From IMG/VR virus record IMGVR_UViG_3300021142_000004: 64,000 nucleotides of DNA, one strand, 5' to 3'. The first letter of the stretch is position 1. Each line of letters begins with the position of its first letter. The DNA is from a virus. Of the stretch, positions 48,193 to 58,451 are shown piece by piece. Made by a program: the position numbers and the translations under genes. The notes below the pieces were generated by a model that saw nothing but the letters and a program-made list of their open reading frames with translations, had not been told where the DNA came from and made no database searches.

Positions 48193-50667
48193 TTATGTTA
48201 ATCTTATTTTTAATACACCTGCGGTATGATATACCCCACCTACTGGTATTCCACCAGTAGCGGCTGTTGTGTCATTTGTATAATTTTTAGTTTGTATTGT
48301 TGGTGATACTAAATTATTTATATATAAAGTGCACCAACTAGTTGCATTTAACCCAAATCCTATAGCTGCTGAGTAACTACCTGATACTGTATTACCATAT
48401 CCAGCAGCAAATGAATATTGCCCAGAAATACAATTACTATAACCACCAGCTATTGTAGAATATTGTGAGTATGTACCACATATACAATTACCTACACCTC
48501 CATTTATCGTTGAACCCCATGAATTTATACCATTAATATAATTATGTATCCCACCACTTATTGTTGAATATCGTGAATTAGTTCCAGTAATCTGATTATT
48601 ATAACCACCACTTATCGTTGAATAAAGAGTATAACAACCAGAAATTGTATTAATTATACCACCACCTATTGTTGAGAGGTATGAATTATCTCCAGAAATC
48701 TGATTATCGTAACCACCACCTATTGTTGAATAACATGAATTAGTTCCAGAAATGTAATTTACCCTACCACCAGATATTGTTGAATAACATGAATTTGTAC
48801 CAGTAATCTGATTACCATGACCACCACCTATTGTTGAATAATATGAATATTGTCCAGAAATTTGATTACCAACACCACCACCTATTGTTGAATACTGTGA
48901 ATTTGTTCCATTAATATAATTATTATATCCACCACTTATTGTTGAATACTGTGAATTTGTACCAGTAATCTGATTACCATGACCACCACCTATTGTTGAA
49001 TAAAGAGTATAACAACCAGAAATTGTATTAAATCTACCACCACTTATCGTTGACCAACCTGAATTATATCCAGAAATACTATTATTCCTACCACCACTTA
49101 TCGTTGAATAACATGAATTATATCCAGTAATCTGATTACCATAACCACCACTAATTGTAGACCAATAGGCGTACCAACCAGAAATACTATTAAAAGCACC
49201 ACCACCAATGAATGAATTAGCAGAATCATAACCACTTATTGAATTACAAGTCCCACCACCAATGAATGAAAACCCACTAGAACTACTAGAAACACTATTA
49301 TTACGGCCACCAACTATTGACGATTGACAATTATACGTACCACTTATACTATTACCACCACCACCACCAATAAATGAACCCGAACCATTTGAACAATTAT
49401 AACCACCACCAACAACTATTGAACAATAACCAGAAGCGGTATTTCTATATCCACCACCAATGAATGAACTCGGACTATATTTACCAGAAATTGTATTCAT
49501 TTTACCACCAACAATTATTGAATGATGATAACATTTATTGGTATTAGTTAATGAAGTTAAATCATATAATTTATTACCACCAGCATTGTTTCCCGCATAA
49601 AAAGTTGTTGAAAAAATTGAATAACCTCCATAATACGATGAATATATTATACGTCCACCATATACTAAACAATCACTGTTATTATAATATTCAACATAAT
49701 GTTCATTTAATTGTGGTTGATTTCCTTGAACACAAATTGAATTATTACAATTACTAATAATATTATAAGTTTGTAATCCACAACCTATAGTATTCATCAC
49801 ACCACCCCCAATAAAATTATTATAACCGACTAAAGCGTTACCTTGACCACCAGCAATAACACTAGCACCGCTACCGCAAAGAGGTGAAGATACAGTACCA
49901 TTTATATCTTTTCTTATTTTATTGTGTCTACCACCACCTATAAATGAATAATTACAGTAAGCCGAATTACTTAACCCACCAACAACTGTTGAATAAGCAT
50001 TTATTGCCTTAACAAATCTACCACCACCAACTGTTGAAAAATAACCCGATGATGAATTATTTTGTCCACCAATTAGTGCTGAATTAAAACACTTACTACT
50101 ATTATAAGTACCACCACCAATAAATGAACAATAACCAGAAGCGGTATTACTTAACCCACCACCTACTGTTGAATAATAAGCAACAGATGCATTACCATAA
50201 CCACCACTTACTGTTGATGCATAACCTGATGATGAATTGGTATGACCACCACCTACTGTTGATGCGTAACCTGATGACGAATTAGTATTACCACCACCTA
50301 TTGTTGAATACTGATTAGATGATGTATTAGAGATACCACCATTTACAGCACTTGCCGTACCACTAGCAACATTATGTGTACCACCACCAACAAAAGAATT
50401 GGCATTTGTTGCACAGTTATAAGTACCACCAACAACAGCGGAACAACTAGCACTTGCACAGTTGTTATTACCTATTCTTACAGTACTACCAGCGCCAGAA
50501 TCTTGAACTATAAAAGCAGTTGCACCTGTTACCGTACCACCCGTTAGATTAGTTGTAAGTGTATTAATACTTGCACCTGTTGTTACTAATAATGATGTGG
50601 TAACACCAGTTGCATTATTGGTTGTTATAGTTAAACCAGATGTCGTAAAATTTAAACCGTATGTCAT
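48193..50667 (-). CDS. glycine-rich beta-helical repeat fibre/adhesin
   Basis: More than 25 copies of S(T/F)I(G/S)GG..N, with a 14-aa then 17-aa period. Confidence 0.75.
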   Translation of the reverse strand: MTYGLNFTTSGLTITTNNATGVTTSLLVTTGASINTLTTNLTGGTVTGATAFIVQDSGAGSTVRIGNNNCASASCSAVVGGTYNCATNANSFVGGGTHNVASGTASAVNGGISNTSSNQYSTIGGGNTNSSSGYASTVGGGHTNSSSGYASTVSGGYGNASVAYYSTVGGGLSNTASGYCSFIGGGTYNSSKCFNSALIGGQNNSSSGYFSTVGGGRFVKAINAYSTVVGGLSNSAYCNYSFIGGGRHNKIRKDINGTVSSPLCGSGASVIAGGQGNALVGYNNFIGGGVMNTIGCGLQTYNIISNCNNSICVQGNQPQLNEHYVEYYNNSDCLVYGGRIIYSSYYGGYSIFSTTFYAGNNAGGNKLYDLTSLTNTNKCYHHSIIVGGKMNTISGKYSPSSFIGGGYRNTASGYCSIVVGGGYNCSNGSGSFIGGGGGNSISGTYNCQSSIVGGRNNSVSSSSSGFSFIGGGTCNSISGYDSANSFIGGGAFNSISGWYAYWSTISGGYGNQITGYNSCYSTISGGRNNSISGYNSGWSTISGGRFNTISGCYTLYSTIGGGHGNQITGTNSQYSTISGGYNNYINGTNSQYSTIGGGVGNQISGQYSYYSTIGGGHGNQITGTNSCYSTISGGRVNYISGTNSCYSTIGGGYDNQISGDNSYLSTIGGGIINTISGCYTLYSTISGGYNNQITGTNSRYSTISGGIHNYINGINSWGSTINGGVGNCICGTYSQYSTIAGGYSNCISGQYSFAAGYGNTVSGSYSAAIGFGLNATSWCTLYINNLVSPTIQTKNYTNDTTAATGGIPVGGVYHTAGVLKIRLT

Positions 50668-50695
50668 TTAATATAAATATGTTTGTTTTTTAACT

Positions 50696-53600
50696 TTATG
50701 CTATTTGTACCCAACCAAATGATTTATATAAATATAAACCTTCTGTCGCATCTGTACAATATACAATTGTTCCCGTTGGCGGTGTTCCTAATGCCGTCCT
50801 TTGTGCATTAGTCATTTTATTTGGTATAAACCCTGATAAAACTGATGTTAAAGATATTGTATTTGCAGTTAAACCACTTATAAATGTTGTTGGTCCTGAA
50901 ACTGTACCACCTGTAAATGTTCCACCACCACTAATTCCAGTCAAATGACTACCATCACCATAATATGTTGTTGCAGATACTGATCCTGATACATATGTAT
51001 CACCACTTATTTGTAATTTAGTACCATTATCATTAGTTGTACCAATAAGAACATTACCATTACCTTTAACTGAAAATCTATTACCACCTGTTAATGTATA
51101 TGATTGACCTGTTAATCCTGTTACTGCAGCCGGTGTTGAGAGACCTAATGAAGTATCTGAAGTCACACCCGTTATTGTATAAGTTGTACCACTTATTGTG
51201 ATTGTGTCATTTATTTTAAATGTATTTGTAAACTGAGTATTAGTACCAGTAACAGTAGTTGAACCAGATGTAATTGTAACAGTACCAATACCTGTTATAG
51301 GTTGATAAACTTGAAATACTGTATTTCCCGTTCCTCCAACCGATACATTACCCCCACTTGTGATATTAAATATTCTAAATGTCGGTGTAAAGTTATTCCA
51401 AACAGAAAATGAATTAGTATTATGTGTCGAACCATTACCATATATTGAAACCGCCGAACCAGAACTATTATAAGTTCCACCTAATGTTATATCGCCACCA
51501 TAAGGGTTTATAGTTAAACCACCCGTATTACTAATTGCACCACTATGAATATATGTATTATTACTACCTTGGTTAAATACCGCTATTGACCTAGCAGGTA
51601 AATCAGCAGACAATGCTGGACCATATGGATTTGCACCTCTACTTACGTATAATCCCGGTTGAGCAGCATTTATTGTATTTGTTCCAATTATTGATAAAAT
51701 ACCGGTAGTTCCTTGTATTGTTGAACTACCACTTATACTTAAAGTTTGTCCTGTTATATTCCAAGTAAAACCAGTACTTCCCGTTATTGTTGTTGAACTA
51801 TTTGCAAAAACTACCTGACTTGATGTTAAACCATTAATTGTACCGGCAATACCCGTTATATTAGCACCATTACCATAAAAAGTACCACCTGATATTGTTG
51901 TTGCAGATACTGATCCTGATACATATGTATCACCACTTACTTGTAATTTAGTACCATTATCTATTGTTGTACCAATAAGAACATTACCATTACCTTTAAC
52001 TGAAAATCTATTACCTCCTGTTAATGTATATGATTGACCTGTTAATCCTGTTACTGCTGCCGTTGATAATCCTAATGACGTATCAGATGTTATACTGGTT
52101 ATTGTATATGTTGTACCACTTATTGTAATGGTATCATTAATTTTAAATGTATTTGTAAACTGAGTATTAGTACCAGTTAATATCGTTGATCCTGATGAAA
52201 TTGATACTGTTCCAACACCAGTTAATGGTTGATATACTTGAAATAAAGAAGATACTGTACTAGTACCAATAGATACATTACCCGCCACTTTATTACTTGT
52301 ATCTATACCAAGAATAATATCACCCGGATTATTTCCCCCGTTTCCACCAGCTAAATAAATACTTCCACCTTTAATATTAACCCCACCAGGTGCTTGACCA
52401 ATAATATAAAACGGATTAGATGAGATAGCACCATTTTGTAGACCCGCAGTAAGTATAATATTATAATTAGTCGCAGAGTTAGAAAACGATAATTGAGTAC
52501 CGTTCCATGTTAAACCACCACTATTACCATTAGGTCCCGCAACTTTAAAACTTTGAGCATTAACAGATAAACCACCTTGAGTAATGGTTACACCTGCTGC
52601 TGCGGTCATAGTTATTGAACCATATATAGAGTTAGTAGAATTTAGAGTTAAACCACCTCCAGTTACTTGTAACGTACCTGTTGAAGGTGACCATGTTAAA
52701 CCACCAGATAAAGTAATATTTCCATTACCTTTAGCACTAAATACAGTTCCACCTATTAAATTATAGTTTATAGCAGTCGGTATAGTTGGTAATGTAGTAG
52801 TTGTTAAGTGAGTATCATCTGTTACTGTTAATATTGTAAATACGTTATATGCAAAGTAAGGACCAGTTCCATTAGGAAATTGAGTAGGGGTAATACTTAT
52901 ACCAGTAGGTCCAGTTCCACCTGTACCACCAGTAGTTACTATATAAGTATTACCCCCATTACTTACAGATTGTCCAACCGAATATGTTGTACTATTATTC
53001 CAAATTGTTGGTAAAGACCCTAATGAAATAGTATCACCTACTTTAAATGTATTTGTAAATTGGGTTCCTAAACCAGTTATAATTGTCCCTAATGTAGTTA
53101 CTGTGCCAATACCTGTTGTAGGTTGTGTGACACTTAATAATGATTTTGGATCTATATTATTAGTACCTATACCAACATTACCGGTTTTAAATAATTCCAT
53201 TACCAATTGGCCACTAGTTATTGTACTTGGAGGAACACCATTTAATGTTTGAAGTCTAAATTGAAGTGAACCATTAGAACTACTTTGAAATCCCGTAGAA
53301 GTTCCTAATAAAGCACTTGTATAGTTACCATTTTCTCTAAATGTAATATATTGACTATATCCATTATTCGATAATAAAGATAAAATTGCATCAGTAGATT
53401 GTGGTCCTATTGTTAATGTTCCATTACTATTTACATTTGTTGCTGTTATTGCTGAATTAAAATTAAAACCATTATTTACTGTTAATGTTGCTCCACCACC
53501 ACCATTTATAAAAAAGTTTAATACGTGCGATGAATTATTATCACTTGCTTGTGTATGGGAAAAATAATTTGAACCTGATGATCCATAAAAATAAGTACCA

Positions 53601-55360
53601 TCAGTAGTAACTAAATGTAAATTATATAAAGGATTTGATGTTCCTATTCCTAATCTATTATTTGTATTATTCCAAGTAAGTCCAGTACTACCACTAAATA
53701 GACCATTATTATTAAATTGAATTTGACTATTTAAACCACCGGCAGTTGTACCCGTAGTAAATCCACTTACATTAAATGTTCCACCAGTATTATTTGTAAA
53801 CGTTGCAGTACCTGCACTATATGTACCACCAGTGACATATGTATCCCTTATACCTGTTAAATTAGATCCATTACCATAAAATGTACCACCTGATATTGTT
53901 GTTGCAGATAATATACCGTTTATTGTTAATCCAGTAAAATTATTTATATTTACAGATATATTTTGTTGACCATTATTTTGTAATAATGTTAAAGTATTAC
54001 TTGAATATGTAAGACCTGTAACATATGTATCTGTATATCCTGTAATATATCCATTTGGATTAGTACTATTATAAGGGGTATAACCTAATGCAGTTGTTAT
54101 TTGAGAAGTTGTTAACGTTACGCCTGATGCGTTTCCATAATATGTACCACCTGATATTGTTGTTGCAGTTAAACCAGTAACAATACCACCTGTGAATGGT
54201 GTTGTAAATCCACTTACATTAAATGTTCCACCTGTATTATTTGTAAATATTACTGTTCCATTTGAATATGTACCACCCGTAACAAAGGTATCTGTATATC
54301 CTGTAATATATCTATTTGGATTTGTACTATTATAAGGGGTATAACCTAATGCAACATTTATTTGTTGTTGTGTTAAACCTGTGATACCCGAACCATTACC
54401 ATAGAAAGTTCCACCACTAATAGTTGTGGCAGAAATTGAAGTACCATATAATGTTCCCGTTAATGTACCACCAGATAAAAAAAGATACTGACCATTATCC
54501 GTATAACCTGTATATAAACCAGATACTGTAAATGTGTTTCCACTATTATTTGTAAATGTTATAACACCATTATTATAAGTACCACCAGTGACATATGTAT
54601 CCCTTATACCTGTTAAATTAGATCCATTACCATAAAATGTACCACCTGATATTGTTGTTGCAGATAATATATTATTAATTACAACTAAATTATTATCAAA
54701 TTGTCCATATATTAATGGTGTTGTTGTTGCGGTATTAGATATATAAAGTTTATTTGAACCTGTTTCTTTATACCCAGATTGAAACCCTAAAAAAAGATTA
54801 CCACTACCTAATGAATTAAAACCAGCCTGATTACCAAAAGCAGTATTAGTATTACCAGTAACATTACTATATAATCCACTAGTACCGAATACCGCATTAT
54901 TATTTGCGGTTGTAATGTTAGTTAATGATAATCCACCATAAGCCGTATTATTTTGTCCCGTAATTCCTGAAAAATTACCAGATAATACACCAAAAAATAA
55001 ATTATTTATACCATACGATTGAAATATAGGAACATTATTTTGTAATATAACACCATATGTTGAACCAGTTGTGGTCGGTATCGAAAGGGCATTACTATTA
55101 ATATTACTGTTACTATCAAGTAATTTAACCCAATTACTAAATACAGTAGAATCCCCACCTTTAAAATAATAAACACCATTATTAGTGGTAGACCCGGTGT
55201 CTCCATATACAGATACAGTCATACCAGAATATTTAGAACCAAAAGTTGTTGATCCTGTTAAATCTGACTGATATTGCACCCATTGTCTAGCATCTAATGG
55301 TGCTGAATTTTGTATTTCATATGAAGAAATAAATCCTACATTACCTTGTATTCTACTCAT
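50696..55360 (-). CDS. long Gly/Thr-rich tail fibre-like protein
   Basis: 1554 aa with GNVGIGT motifs and internal duplications. Confidence 0.8.
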   Translation of the reverse strand: MSRIQGNVGFISSYEIQNSAPLDARQWVQYQSDLTGSTTFGSKYSGMTVSVYGDTGSTTNNGVYYFKGGDSTVFSNWVKLLDSNSNINSNALSIPTTTGSTYGVILQNNVPIFQSYGINNLFFGVLSGNFSGITGQNNTAYGGLSLTNITTANNNAVFGTSGLYSNVTGNTNTAFGNQAGFNSLGSGNLFLGFQSGYKETGSNKLYISNTATTTPLIYGQFDNNLVVINNILSATTISGGTFYGNGSNLTGIRDTYVTGGTYNNGVITFTNNSGNTFTVSGLYTGYTDNGQYLFLSGGTLTGTLYGTSISATTISGGTFYGNGSGITGLTQQQINVALGYTPYNSTNPNRYITGYTDTFVTGGTYSNGTVIFTNNTGGTFNVSGFTTPFTGGIVTGLTATTISGGTYYGNASGVTLTTSQITTALGYTPYNSTNPNGYITGYTDTYVTGLTYSSNTLTLLQNNGQQNISVNINNFTGLTINGILSATTISGGTFYGNGSNLTGIRDTYVTGGTYSAGTATFTNNTGGTFNVSGFTTGTTAGGLNSQIQFNNNGLFSGSTGLTWNNTNNRLGIGTSNPLYNLHLVTTDGTYFYGSSGSNYFSHTQASDNNSSHVLNFFINGGGGATLTVNNGFNFNSAITATNVNSNGTLTIGPQSTDAILSLLSNNGYSQYITFRENGNYTSALLGTSTGFQSSSNGSLQFRLQTLNGVPPSTITSGQLVMELFKTGNVGIGTNNIDPKSLLSVTQPTTGIGTVTTLGTIITGLGTQFTNTFKVGDTISLGSLPTIWNNSTTYSVGQSVSNGGNTYIVTTGGTGGTGPTGISITPTQFPNGTGPYFAYNVFTILTVTDDTHLTTTTLPTIPTAINYNLIGGTVFSAKGNGNITLSGGLTWSPSTGTLQVTGGGLTLNSTNSIYGSITMTAAAGVTITQGGLSVNAQSFKVAGPNGNSGGLTWNGTQLSFSNSATNYNIILTAGLQNGAISSNPFYIIGQAPGGVNIKGGSIYLAGGNGGNNPGDIILGIDTSNKVAGNVSIGTSTVSSLFQVYQPLTGVGTVSISSGSTILTGTNTQFTNTFKINDTITISGTTYTITSITSDTSLGLSTAAVTGLTGQSYTLTGGNRFSVKGNGNVLIGTTIDNGTKLQVSGDTYVSGSVSATTISGGTFYGNGANITGIAGTINGLTSSQVVFANSSTTITGSTGFTWNITGQTLSISGSSTIQGTTGILSIIGTNTINAAQPGLYVSRGANPYGPALSADLPARSIAVFNQGSNNTYIHSGAISNTGGLTINPYGGDITLGGTYNSSGSAVSIYGNGSTHNTNSFSVWNNFTPTFRIFNITSGGNVSVGGTGNTVFQVYQPITGIGTVTITSGSTTVTGTNTQFTNTFKINDTITISGTTYTITGVTSDTSLGLSTPAAVTGLTGQSYTLTGGNRFSVKGNGNVLIGTTNDNGTKLQISGDTYVSGSVSATTYYGDGSHLTGISGGGTFTGGTVSGPTTFISGLTANTISLTSVLSGFIPNKMTNAQRTALGTPPTGTIVYCTDATEGLYLYKSFGWVQIA
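50966..52245. repeat. internal ~350-bp duplication (about 50966-51318 and 51896-52245)
   Basis: FQVYQP...TGTNTQFTNTFKINDTITISG...GNRFSVKGNGNVLIGTT...VSATT occurs twice. Confidence 0.85.
54143..54601. repeat. second copy of the ~460-bp fibre repeat
   Basis: Matches 43124-43582. Confidence 0.85.
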
Positions 55361-55374
55361 TGTTTAATATTTTT

Positions 55375-56676
55375 TTAAGTCCATGTTAAATAAAGAAGTG
55401 GAGAACTTGTCGCACCTCTAGTTGAACCATTATATGTATATTTTTTATAATTTATTCCATTATATGTGTATGGTGAACTTAACACCCAATTATTAACTTC
55501 ATCACCCCAACTTTGTCCACCCCATAACCATATATGTAATGTTTTTGTTATTCCCGTTGGTACTAATAATGTTTGTCTATAACCTAATCCATTACCCCCA
55601 CCATCAAGTTCTGATGCAAAATTCACTCCAATACCATTACCAAGAGAAGTTAATGATGAAGGTGCAATACTTGGTGGGTTTATCATTGATATCAATGATA
55701 ATTTAGTAAATCCACTAATTGCACTTAAACTACCATTATAAACTGTGGCATATAACGGATAAACACCCTCAACTTTTAATGTATTTGTGGGATATATAAT
55801 AGTTCCACTTGGTAATGGTGTACTATATACATTACCTTTATTATCATATGGTTGTGGACCAGCACTATAAGAAACACTAGAATTAAAATACATATATCCT
55901 GTTTGTCCTGTTATAGTATATGTATACCCACTTCCAACTTGTGAAATTGTTGTACCAATATTTTGTCCACTAAATGTATAACCTGTCTCAGTACCCGATC
56001 TCGGATTTTGAGTTTGACCATTTAATACAATTGTTCCTCCACTAAAACGTCCAGTAATTGTTGTATTAAATGTTGTTGTTACAGCACTAATTTCTAATAA
56101 TGAAGATAAATTAACACTAAGAAAATATGATGGTGCGTTTAATGTGGGGTATACTGTTGGAAACAATAAATCATCAAATATACTTGTAAATGTTCTCCCT
56201 GACAATTGAGCAACTGTCGTACCTCCAGAAATACCACCAACACCATTACTTGTTAAACCTGAAAATAATGTTGTTTGGTATGTATCAACCATACCAGTGG
56301 TAAAACCTGATACCTGAAATGTACCTCCACTATTATTTGTAAAAGTTGCATTACCTGTTTGAGGGTCAAATGTACCACCAGTTATTGTTAAATCACTAGA
56401 CAATACCGATAAATCAAGTGTAGAACCAGTACCACCAGTTGAATTATATAACGTAATTTGATAATTAGATGAATTGAATGTACCTCCAGTAATGTTATTT
56501 GGATTGTTTTGAGTATTACCACTACTAATAAAATCAAATATACTAGTACCACTTATATACAAATTTTTAGCATATACATTATCAATCGGTGTATTTAATT
56601 GACCGATATCTATTGTATAACCAGAAGGAATGTTAACACTATCTATTTGTGTCCAATCTATTCTACGTAATGACAT
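55375..56676 (-). CDS. Gly/Thr-rich structural (fibre/baseplate) protein
   Basis: TGGTF repeats and VGGI..GT....L.G......D.LLFP. TATTTAT upstream. Confidence 0.7.
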   Translation of the reverse strand: MSLRRIDWTQIDSVNIPSGYTIDIGQLNTPIDNVYAKNLYISGTSIFDFISSGNTQNNPNNITGGTFNSSNYQITLYNSTGGTGSTLDLSVLSSDLTITGGTFDPQTGNATFTNNSGGTFQVSGFTTGMVDTYQTTLFSGLTSNGVGGISGGTTVAQLSGRTFTSIFDDLLFPTVYPTLNAPSYFLSVNLSSLLEISAVTTTFNTTITGRFSGGTIVLNGQTQNPRSGTETGYTFSGQNIGTTISQVGSGYTYTITGQTGYMYFNSSVSYSAGPQPYDNKGNVYSTPLPSGTIIYPTNTLKVEGVYPLYATVYNGSLSAISGFTKLSLISMINPPSIAPSSLTSLGNGIGVNFASELDGGGNGLGYRQTLLVPTGITKTLHIWLWGGQSWGDEVNNWVLSSPYTYNGINYKKYTYNGSTRGATSSPLLYLTWT

Positions 56677-56737
56677 ATTTACTTATTATTATTAAATAAA
56701 TAGTTTATAAATAGTTATGGGCATAAAAAAAGGAAGA

Positions 56738-57025
56738 TTAATCTTCCTTTTTTAAAATATATTCATTAATTAAATTAATTATATCATCTTCACTTTGATA
56801 ATCTCTACCAGGTACAAATACCGTTCCATCTTCACTACCTTCATTTCGTATAAAAACTGTTGGTAAAAGATTATAACCTGTTTGTTCAACTACTTGACTC
56901 CAAATATCAGGATTTTGTGTTATCTCAATTTCATTAAAAAATATATTTTGTGTAATTAGTCTTTTTTTTAAACTTTCACAATGTCCACAACCTAATAATG
57001 TGAACACAATCACATCGTTTCCCAT
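56738..57025 (-). CDS. glutaredoxin-like protein
   Basis: CGHC and LPTVF motifs. Confidence 0.8.
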   Translation of the reverse strand: MGNDVIVFTLLGCGHCESLKKRLITQNIFFNEIEITQNPDIWSQVVEQTGYNLLPTVFIRNEGSEDGTVFVPGRDYQSEDDIINLINEYILKKED

Positions 57026-57330
57026 TATAAAGTATTTAATACATCTTTATAGAACTTGTCTGAATTAACACCTGATGATCTATGTTTTAATTCTTTTCCA
57101 TTATAAATTAATACTGTAGGTATTCCAGTTACACCTAATGCGACGGCAAAATCTCTATTTTGATCAACATCTATCTTAATAAATGTAACATCTGGATATT
57201 CTTTTTCGATTGACTCCAATCTTGGTATTAGTTGTTTGCATGGGCCGCACCAAACACCGAATAGATCCACCAAAATTTTTTTACCACCTTCTTGTAATTC
57301 TTTTAATTTTTCTGCATTTACATTTTCCAT
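57025..57330 (-). CDS. trxA: thioredoxin
   Basis: WCGPC and IPT motifs. Confidence 0.9.
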   Translation of the reverse strand: MENVNAEKLKELQEGGKKILVDLFGVWCGPCKQLIPRLESIEKEYPDVTFIKIDVDQNRDFAVALGVTGIPTVLIYNGKELKHRSSGVNSDKFYKDVLNTL

Positions 57331-58175
57331 TACTTAAATCCTATTTTACTTGTGTTATTTGTTTTGAATAATTCAACATCTATATTATATATATCCGCTA
57401 ATACCATTTCTTCATTAACAGTTTCCTCTTTACCTAAATGTTTTAATAATTTATTTGTTTCTTCTACATTTAATTTACCAAATTTATGTTCGGCAATTAA
57501 CCTACCCTTACGAAGTAATGCAGAATCAATTCTTTCTCTTTTCATATTAAAGGTTGCAATTATCTGTATATTAAGACAATCACCTAAAATACCATCAGTC
57601 AAATTAAGTATATTTGAAACACCTGTTGGTGATCCACTTGTCTCTCTATCACTAATTACCCTTTCAGCATCTTCAATAATTAATATTGAATTTTTGTTTT
57701 CCATTAAGAATGGGATAATACTTGGTTCAGATAATGAATCCGCCATTGATGGTGGAATAAATAATATTTCTTTATCTGTTATTAACTTGGAAAGATATTT
57801 TAAATATGATGTATTATGTGATAATATATCGTTTGTATAATATCTGTGATTAGAATCGTCATCTAATTCTAGATCAAACATATTTTCTTCATAATCAAGT
57901 TTAGTTACTTCAATTACTTCAGATTCTGTTAATAAATCATCACCAAAACAACATATTTTATCACCAATTTTTAAATCTTTAACAAAAACCTCTTCCATAT
58001 CATCCATATAAAAGACAATATGATTATCTGCACATTTTAATTCATTACCATCCGATAATTTAATATGGTAAACCTCATAAGGTATCGTTTTATGTATAAC
58101 ATTAATATCTACCCAACCATTATCTGTTAAAACTTCAATATCTTCTAATATTGTACTCTGTATAAATTTTTTCAT
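57330..58175 (-). CDS. split intein C-fragment (121 aa) fused to the C-terminal half of an AAA ATPase
   Basis: CADNH (block B), MFDLEL...HRYYTNDILSHN/T (blocks F/G), then IIEDAE, LNLTDG, ATFN and ALLRKGRL. Confidence 0.9.
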   Translation of the reverse strand: MKKFIQSTILEDIEVLTDNGWVDINVIHKTIPYEVYHIKLSDGNELKCADNHIVFYMDDMEEVFVKDLKIGDKICCFGDDLLTESEVIEVTKLDYEENMFDLELDDDSNHRYYTNDILSHNTSYLKYLSKLITDKEILFIPPSMADSLSEPSIIPFLMENKNSILIIEDAERVISDRETSGSPTGVSNILNLTDGILGDCLNIQIIATFNMKRERIDSALLRKGRLIAEHKFGKLNVEETNKLLKHLGKEETVNEEMVLADIYNIDVELFKTNNTSKIGFK

Positions 58176-58451
58176 TTTTTTTTATTTATTTATAAATTCG
58201 TTACAAATTTTTATAACCTCATCTTTATTTTTTTTCATACTCACGTTTTTTACCTTTTCCTCTATTTTTAAAAATAAATTCAGATTTTTCAATTCCAAAT
58301 TTATTTATGATTTCTTGTTTATTTAAACCTCTACTAATATTAATTTTTTCTCTTTCTTCATTTGTTTTACTATAATAAGTTTCATTTCTTTTTTTAATAA
58401 TTTCATTAATTTTTTCTTTTGAACATATTAAATATGCAGGAAAGGGTAGAA
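58176..58451 (-). pseudogene. internally deleted homing endonuclease remnant between the intein halves
   Basis: Frames ...KKRNETYYSKTNEEREKINISRG...KFG.E and KNKDEVIKICNEFINK*. Confidence 0.6.

Noticed and set aside
48400-50400. CRISPR array or non-coding tandem repeat
   Set aside because: The repeats have codon-multiple periods, vary at synonymous positions and lie inside one ORF. No cas genes are present.
43124-54601. Diversity-generating retroelement TR/VR pair
   Set aside because: The differences are not adenine-specific, both copies are coding and mid-gene, and there is no reverse transcriptase in the window.
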